Of a stretch of 64,000 nt of DNA, positions 55,147 through 64,000 are shown piece by piece; within the stretch, counting starts at the first letter, position 1, and each line of letters opens with the position of its first letter. Under the pieces are notes generated by a model. That model was given only the letters and a program-made list of their open reading frames with translations, did not search any database and was not told the origin of the DNA. The DNA comes from Eledone cirrhosa (Eukaryota): contig OZ024741.1 in NCBI GenBank assembly GCA_964016885.1, forward strand, positions 190,216,001 through 190,280,000, in the 5' to 3' direction. Made by a program: the position numbers and the translations under genes.

Positions 55147-55853
55147 TTAATAATAATAATGTCCGTTTACAATTGTTTCGCTACTCCATATAATATTTCT
55201 GGATCAGATGACTATATATCATAATTGATCTGGTTCAGTTGAAAATAATTAACATATTTAAAAGACAGAGTGACTCATCGGAACTTCAAAGGAATATAAA
55301 TTAAAGTAATGGGATAATGTTACATAATATAATGTTCCATATATTGGTTTTTACTATGGTGTCTTGGTTGCATCAGTTGTCAGCCATAATCAAGCAGTAT
55401 TCATCTGTTGAGGCTGCATTGTTACACCCTTTACGATCTGAGTTCAAATCCCGCCGAGGTTGACTTTGCCTTTCATCCTTACGGGGTCGATAAAATAAAG
55501 TACCAGTAATGCACTGGGTTATTGCTGGCCTTGTGCCTAAAGTAGAAACAATTATTATTAATATTATTATTATTATTATTCTCTACATTCCTTACATCAA
55601 ACTAAAATATGTTGACAATCTTTTAATAATGTCTTCCTTGTGAAATTTGTGGTCTTGTTTTGCTTAACTAATGAATATTTCCAGCTCTGAGCACCTAACT
55701 TCTGCATGAACCCAGCCACCTAGCTGCTTTCTACTGCATATTGCACATTGAGCACATGCCTTTACGCTTTGGCTTCTAACTAACTTACCAATCTCTCCTC
55801 TCATATCTCCTCTACTATCTCCATCTCTCTCTTTAAGATTGGTTACTCTTGAA

Positions 55854-55858
<5 letters not shown>
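54993..55858 (+). mobile_element. Family E: inverted arms (54993-~55100 and ~55570-55678) plus ~180-nt tail, between (TA)n tracts
   Basis: TTCATTAGTTAAGCAAAAC..GAATGTAGAG(AAT)n is mirrored by (ATT)nCTCTACATTC..GCTTAACTAATGAA. No hammerhead recognised. Confidence 0.6.
55425..55555 (+). mobile_element. 5'-truncated tRNA-derived SINE
   Basis: B box, core and 3' end present; A box missing. Confidence 0.88.
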
Positions 55859-55946
<88 letters not shown>

Positions 55947-56539
55947 ATATATTAACAAATGGAAACTATATTTATAAAACCATATTTATTTCATTATACA
56001 TATTTCAAGGGCACCAGAGCAAATTATGGTGTGCTTTCATCAGATAAAATATAATATAGATCAGTTTTATAAACAAATATTGACATACCCTTAAAGAATG
56101 CGACCATGTCGGTTGGAAGCTCCCGGATAGTGGTGTTACTAATTTTATTATTGGTCTATTAGGCAAATTAGTGTCGGAGAGGTTTAAATCCCGTACATTT
56201 AAATTAAGCCGTTGGAATAGGGAAAAAAAAAACAAAAAAAAAACAGAGAAAAAGAAAGAGCAAACCCAAAGAAGAAAAACAAAAGAAAGAGAAAGAGAGA
56301 AAACCCTAAGTGAGAGAGTGTTGTATTAACGTAATTTATGAAGCGAAAAGATAAATATATAGTGGATGAATTACGCGGAGTAAATAAATAAAGCGTGGAT
56401 AAATAAATAAATAAATAGTAATAACCGGAGAATTTTATCTAATGTTTAAATTTGATTAAATGTTTAATTTATCAATTAAATTATTGAGATCTATAAATTA
56501 AAAATTAAAAATTGAGATCTATATATTATTAAAAGAATA

Positions 56540-56630
<91 letters not shown>

Positions 56631-57474
56631 TATAAAAAATATTAAAATATATGTTATTATTACATAACCATATATAAATTTATTATTAATCATCAACCAA
56701 CAATTAATTATTAATTTTTCAATTTATTAACAATAAAAATTATAAGAAATAATAAAAAAATAAAAAATTGTTATGTTTAAAATATATGTTTAAAATAGGA
56801 ATGTTTCTAAACCCATGGAAATTCAGAGATTTTATCGAAGAAAAATCTCTTCTTAGTAATAGCAATACAGCGTGAGGGAAATTAATTGATTTATTTGTAA
56901 TTCAGATGGCTCTAAGGATTAAATGTTAAGATGATAAAAAAAAGTTAAGATTATAAGAAAACCTTATATTATTTTATAGTAAGTTATAATTTTATAGATT
57001 TTATATATTTTATAAATCCACCTGTTATACAGTTGTGACTGTTAAAATATAAGTTTGTTTACTATAACGTCTTAATGTTTAAAGTTTTTCATAAGAATAT
57101 ATCTAAAGCATAAACCGTAAAAAACCTTTTATATGAGTTCATTCATAGAATGTATTCAAATTATACATTTCGATATATATGCACACATACATACATACAT
57201 ATATACATACACATATACACACACATATATATACATATACACACATATATATACATATATACATATATATATATAAATACAAAATACATAATATAAAATA
57301 AAATATGAGTTATAATTTTAAAAAGGATTATAATTTTAAAAGGAATTACAATTTTAAAAAATATAATTATATAATTTTAAAAGGAATTATATTTTTAAGC
57401 AATATAATTCTTAAGCAATATGATTTTTAAAATATATATAAGAATATATAGAAAAAACCAATAATCTTTATGAA

Positions 57475-59311
57475 ATGCAAAAGGATATTTATAACGATTT
57501 TATATTAAAGGAATTAAGGAAGAAATACAAAATAACAACTAATGACGACTTTGAAAAATTGAATACAGACGCTTCTTACATAATGCTGGAATTAGGCATT
57601 GAAAATAGGACACAACCCTTCATGCCAAGGAAACCAAAAATTAATATGAAGGACCACAAAAGGAACTTTGAAATTGACTTACCAGTTAGATTAATTGCAT
57701 CATCTAAATCGGACCTTGGCATACTTAGCAAGAACATTTTAGACAGAATCATACCACAAATTAAGGAATTATGTTATTTAAAATTATGGAAAGGAACTAA
57801 CGAAGTTATCGAATGGTTTAAAGACATTAAATATAATTATAATAATAAGTTTATTCAATTGGATATTGCTAATTATTACTCATCCATCACTCCTAATCTA
57901 CTTAATAAAGCACTGACATATGCATTTAAACATACAGACTTAACTAGTAATGAAATGCACATTATCCTAACGGCACGGAAAACATTAATTAAATTTAACA
58001 ACCAACTCTGGACTAGAGCAGATAGAGATAATAATTTCGATATCACTATGGGGTCATCTGATTCCGCCCAAATAACGGATCTTGTGGGGCTTTTTATAAA
58101 TAATACTCTACATAGAAAAATACCGGAGATGACCAGAGGTTTATATCACGACGATATGCTATTACTTATCGAAAATAATAACTGTGAATTAAATAGGAAA
58201 AGAAAAGAAATTATACAATTTTTTAATTAACTTAATCTTAAAGTAGAAATAGAGAATAATTATAAAATAGTTAACTTTCTAGATCTAACCTTAAACCTTA
58301 ACACATGTCTTCATTATCAATTTCACAAATTAAACGAGAACTTAAACTACGTTAATTTTAACTCCAATCACCCCAGATCCGTTAAAAATACTATAGTAAA
58401 TTCTGTAAAGCAACGCATCTCTAGAATTTCAGCTAATAAGAATATTTTTGATGATAAAGCACAGTATTACAACGAAGCGATAGGTAGAGCTGGACATAGT
58501 AATATAATTAAATACATTGATAATAATAATATAACAACTACATAATTTTAACAACTATAATAGAAAACCTTACAATAATTCGAAAAACAAAAAAAGAAAT
58601 AGAACTAGGAATATATTATGGTTCGCTCCTCCTTTCTCATTAAATATTAAAACTCCTATTGCTAAACTATTCTTTAAAGCTCTTGACAAATGCTTCCCTA
58701 GAACACATAGATATTACTCAATATTTAATAGACATACTATAAAATTAACTTATTCAACCACCAGTAATTTAGCGCAGAATATTAATAGAATTAATAATAG
58801 AAACTTAAAACCTAACCAGAATACCATTAACAACCCCAGCATTATCCAATTTAATAATACGGCTCCTAGTAACTTGAATTTTGATAAATGTAACTGTAGA
58901 AATAAATCTAACTGTCCGTTAAATAACAATTGTTTAGCTAAAAATATAGTATATAATTGTAATGTAAAAACTAATTTAAATTCATTTAATTATGTAGGTT
59001 CTACTTCCATAGACTTTAAATCTCGTTTTAATAACCATAAATGCTCTTTTACGAATATAAATAAAAAATCTTCAACTTCTCTATCTAGCTTACTATGGGA
59101 CCTAAAATTAAAGAACATTAACTATTCTTTACTTTGGAATATTATCTTCAAAGCTCCTCCATTTAATGCTTCTTCTGAAAATTGTGCTCATTGTATAGAA
59201 GAAATATTCTTTATATTAAAAAACAAAAATTCTGTGAATTTAAGGAACAATCTTTTCAGTTGCTGCAAACATAGATTAAATTCAACGTTTAAATATAAAT
59301 TTAAAATGTAA
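57475..59311 (+). pseudogene. PLE reverse transcriptase + GIY-YIG endonuclease, 5'-truncated and disrupted
   Basis: VRLI..KSDLG, FIQLDIANYYSSI, FDITMGSSDSAQITDLVG, GLYHDD. In-frame stop at 58228-58230, then VNFLDLTL and YVNFNSNHP. Frameshift near 58545, then NILWFAPPFS, IFNRHTIKLTYS, CNCRNKSNCPLNNNC, NIVY..YVGST..FKSRFNNHK, CAHC..E, CKHR. Confidence 0.92.
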
Positions 59312-60397
59312 TATATAACTCATCTTATTAAACCTATCGATAAATCATTAGATTCCTTCATACGACTGCCAAAAACTCTCTTAAATGAAGAAAAATGTTT
59401 TGCTTAAAAATTTTTCCTTGAAAATTCTTCTAGATAAACATACTGAAAGTTTTTTTAAGATGGGTATAAAAAATTAAGATAAACATACTGAAAGTTTCTA
59501 AAAAAAAAAGATTTTTTGTTAATTCCTCTGATGGATATAAAAAATTATAATTCATATTTTATACTGTATTTTTTCTATATATTCTTATATATATATTTTA
59601 AAATTATATTGCTTAAAAATTATATTGCTTAAAAATATAATTCCTTTTAAAATTATATAATTATATTTTTTAAAATTGTAATTCCTTTTAAAATTATAAT
59701 CCTTTTTAAAATTATAACTCATATTTTATTTTATATTATGTATTTTGTATTTATATATATATATGTATATATGTATATATATATGTGTGTATATGTATAT
59801 ATATGTGTGTGTATATGTGTATGTATACATGTATGTATGTATGTGTGCATATATATCGAAATGTATAATTTGAATACATTCTATGAATGAACTCATATAA
59901 AAGATTTTTTACGGTTTATGCTTTAGATATATTCTTATGAAAAACTTTAAACATTAAGACGTTATAGTAAATAAATTTATATTTTAACAGTCACAACTGT
60001 ATAACAGGTGGATTTATAAAATATATAAAATATATAAAATTATAACTTACTATAAAATAATATAAGGTTTTCTTATAATCTTAACTTTTTTTATCATCTT
60101 AACATTTAATGCTTAGAGCCTTCTGAATTACAAATAAAACAATTAATTTCCCTCACGCTGTATTGCTATTACTAAGAAGAGATTTTTCTTCGATAAAATC
60201 TGAATTTCCATGGGTTTAGAAACATTCCTATTTTAAACATATATTTTAAACAACAATTTTTTATTTTTTTAAATTATTTTTTATAATTTTTATTGTTAAT
60301 TAATTGAAAAATTAATAATTAATTGTTGATTGATGATTAATAATAAATTTATATATGGTTATGTAATAATAACATATTTTAATAATAATTTTTAATA

Positions 60398-60465
<68 letters not shown>

Positions 60466-60964
60466 TCTTTTAATAATATATAGATCTCAATTTTTAATTT
60501 TTAATTTATAGATCTCAATAATTTAATTGATAAATTAAACATTTAATCAAATTTAAACATTAGATAAAATTCTCCGATTATTACTATTTATTTATTTATT
60601 TATCCACGCTTTATTTATTTACTCCGCGTAATTCATCCACTATATATTTATCTTTTCGCTTCATAAATTATGTTATTACAACACTCTCTCACTTAGGGTT
60701 TTCTCTCTTTCTCTTTCTTTTGTTTTTCTTCTTTGGGTTTGCTCTTTCTTTTTCTTTTTCTTTTTCTTTTTCTTTTTCTTTTTCTTTTTTTTTCCCTATT
60801 CCAACGGCTTAATTTAAATGTACGGGATTTAAACCTCTCCGACACTAATTTGCCTAATAGACCAATAATAAAATTAGTAACCCCACTATCCGGGAGCTTC
60901 CAACCGACATGGTCGCATTCTTTAAGGGTATGTCAATATTTGTTTATAAAATTGATCTATATTG

Positions 60965-61029
60965 TATTTTATCTGATGAAAGCGCACCATAATTTGCTCT
61001 GGTGTCCTTGAAATATGTATAATGAAATA
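60965..61029 (+). ncRNA. Type-I hammerhead ribozyme in the PLE 3' arm (mirror copy at ~55987-56051 on the minus strand)
   Basis: tattttat-CTGATGA-aagcgcacca-taatttgctc-tggtgtcctt-GAAA-tatgt-ATA|atgaaata. 8-bp stem I and short quasi-palindromic stem III; predicted cut after 61021. Confidence 0.8.
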
Positions 61030-61184
61030 AATATGGTTTTATAAATATAGTTTCCATTTGTTAATATATTGTATTTTTACTCCAAAAATTTGTTGAGTGC
61101 TTTATATCAGTTATAAAAATATTTGCTTGTTGTATCCCAACAAATTAAATATAACTTCTACATATATATATATATATATATATA

Positions 61185-61460
61185 AAATAACAGGAGGCTG
61201 GACTGGTGTAATTCTTTAAAGGTTTATTATACTATGATCATTTCAATGACCGGGTTCAGTATGAATCCGGTGACATCATCAGGTATTCGAAATTTAACAA
61301 AGGAATATAATCCATGGAGCTGAAAAGGCAGAGTGACAAGAAGCGGCCACCCATTTACCAGTTTCTAGTTCGGTCGGCCGCCCTCAAGTGACGACTACCA
61401 ATTCTTCTCATGCCTTTCTGGTGAAGGGACGTAAGCTTATAGTTTACTATTACCACCCCG
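61185..61460 (-). mobile_element. Family D segment A copy with intact hammerhead (61229-61286, minus strand)
   Basis: Minus strand reads atac-CTGATGA-tgtcaccggattcatactgaacccggtcatt-GAAA-tgatc-ATA|gtat, with palindromic ATGATCAT stem III. Confidence 0.78.
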
Positions 61461-61724
61461 TCACGAACAGAGGCTAGCGGTGGGATCAGGTTACATTGAA
61501 GTTGGTCAGGAGTGCTAAAAAGTGTTAAGAAATATATTTTTAAAAAAAACATATATATCTTTAACAAAGCTATATATAGTGGGCGCCTGTAAGGTATATT
61601 TTTCGTTGTAGGGTCAGAAATTACGATTACGGTATGTAAAATTTATGCTTAGAATTACAAGATGTCATTTAAGATGAGATTAGAAAAGAAAGATTTAGGT
61701 TTAAATTTGGGAGATATTTAAACC

Positions 61725-62397
<673 letters not shown>

Positions 62398-62500
62398 CTT
62401 ATATAAGAAATAATGGTGTGATATACTGACCTAGTTATACGATAATATAATATTAATGAGTTTCAGCTTGGATCTAGCAGCATTTCAACCCATGACTATT

Positions 62501-63310
62501 TATTGGGTTGTAACAAAAAGTTCGTAGCCTTTTTCTATTGGTTGTGTTTAATCACTCGATTTAGTTGATCATATAACATAAGCATATGACACATATTTTC
62601 TGAAAGAGATATCAACGCATTTTTCTGTCTGAATATTGTGCAGATTATTTATCTCTACTGTTTTTCTAATAAAATTGAAAATGGGGGGAAATGAGATGCA
62701 TTTTCGTCACTTGATGTGCACAAACAGTGTAAAAGGTATGTGCCGTTTATGGAGATGATGCTATAGCTGATAGTACTGTTCGCAAGTGGTTCGTTAGGTT
62801 TAGAGCCGAGAATGTTGACTTCGAGGATCGTGTCCTTTCAGACAGGTCTATAGTCGTTGATAATGACCAAATCGAAACTTTAATAAAAAAAATAATCCAG
62901 ATAACACGACGCGAATCATCGCAGAGATACTTCACATATCTGATATGAGCGTTACACGGTATTTAAAAACATTTGGATATGTGAATCGCTATGATGTTTG
63001 GGTGCCTTGTAATTTAACTCGGAAAAAATTAATAGAGCGTATTTCCATCTGTGAATCTTTGCTCAAACGGAATGATCACGGTGGTGAAAAATGGATTTTT
63101 TACGACAACGTAAAGCGTAAAAGAAGGTGGAAAAAACGAAATGAACGAAATGAACCACCTTCAACCATTTCAAAAGCCGGTCAGTATTCAAAGTAGGTAA
63201 TGCTCTGTATCTGGTGAAATTGAAAGGGTATCATATATTATGAACTCCTTCCACGAAATCAGACGTTAAATTCAGACTATTATTGCTCTCAATTAGACTG
63301 ATTAAAGAAA
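62501..63310 (+). mobile_element. mariner-family DNA transposon remnant (left TIR + disrupted transposase, 3' part missing)
   Basis: TA|TTGGGTTGTAACAAAAAGTTCG TIR-like start. Fragments MGGNEMHFRHLM, AVYGDDAIADSTVRKWFVRFR, DVWVPCNLT (WVPHEL), [35 protein letters not shown]. Confidence 0.9.
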
Positions 63311-63312
63311 GT

Positions 63313-64000
63313 TGTATTGACCGTTTCACCCGATGGCCTGAAGCCATTCCTCTTAGTGGCATTACTGCTGAATCTGTAGCGCGAGCCCTGGTTTCAGGAT
63401 GGATATCGCGCTATGGGGTTCCTACCACTATTACTACAGATCGTGGTGGGAAGTTTGAATCCCAACTTTTCAGGGATCTATCGAATATCGGCGCTCAACG
63501 CATCAGGACTACTAGTTACCACCCTGCATCTAATGGAATGGTAGAGCTTTTTCATCGCCAGTTAAAGGCGGCATTGCGTGCCTATCCGGATACTCTACAT
63601 TGGAGCAACTGCCTCCCCATAGTACTACTAGGTATCTGCACTTCAATGAAAGAGGACCTTGGATTCTCTCCAGCCGAGCTTTTGTACGGCACTGCATTAT
63701 CTCTGCCAGGGCAGATGCTTGCCCCAGTTGACCTTGTTACTCAGGACCCTACACTATATGTGACCCGTTTGCGTGCGTATTTTCAAGTCCAGCCTCCTTT
63801 GAACACTAGGCAATAAGCCATTAAATCTTCGGTTCCGAGGGACATTGCCTCGTGGACCCATGTTTTTGTCAAAAATGACGCAGTGTGAAGTCCTCTCACT
63901 CCACCTTATTCTGGACCCTATCGCGTACTTGTACGTACAGATAAACATTTCACCATTGACTTTAATGAACATAAAGACACAGTCTCTATTGACAGACTAA
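63313..64000 (+). pseudogene. Gypsy/Ty3 LTR retrotransposon integrase fragment (rve core + GPY/F), running off the window
   Basis: [47 protein letters not shown]. After a stop: PLTPPYSGPYRV..TVSIDRL. Confidence 0.92.

Larger units (their letters stand above)
55944..61161 (+). mobile_element. Penelope-like retroelement (family A, Naiad-like): 1.5-kb antisense arm (55944-57457), truncated RT-GIY-YIG core, sense arm (59569-61072), 89-nt tail; inserted in (TA)n
   Basis: The arms are reverse complements with scattered mismatches. A PLE-type ORF lies between them, each arm has a hammerhead, and (TA)n flanks both ends. Confidence 0.92.

Noticed and set aside
59527-59540. CTGATGG as a second PLE hammerhead
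   Set aside because: Core mismatch, and no stem II/GAAA follows.

Overview
Eukaryotic, gene-free, repeat-saturated window; the SINE, RTE and microsatellite content suggests an octopus/cephalopod genome (inference). Bases 1-~36,975 are a 31-bp satellite (~1,190 monomers) with nested higher-order duplications and a degenerate right edge. Bases ~37,000-64,000 are transposon debris separated by (TA)n tracts: a Penelope-like element (RT + GIY-YIG) flanked by 1.5-kb inverted arms, a 5'-truncated RTE LINE whose RT contains a PHD finger, three or four Helitron derivatives (one with a PIF1 helicase remnant missed by the ORF track), tRNA-derived SINEs, a hAT MITE, two GGCATA-ended foldback elements, and mariner and Gypsy remnants. 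The most striking pattern is that several sequence-unrelated families, most carrying hammerhead ribozymes, share one insertion architecture: (TA)n-[antisense arm starting at a fixed point ~42-51 nt downstream of the predicted ribozyme cut]-[variable junction]-[sense arm + tail]-(TA)n. No host protein-coding gene is supported, and most short ORFs are microsatellite artefacts.
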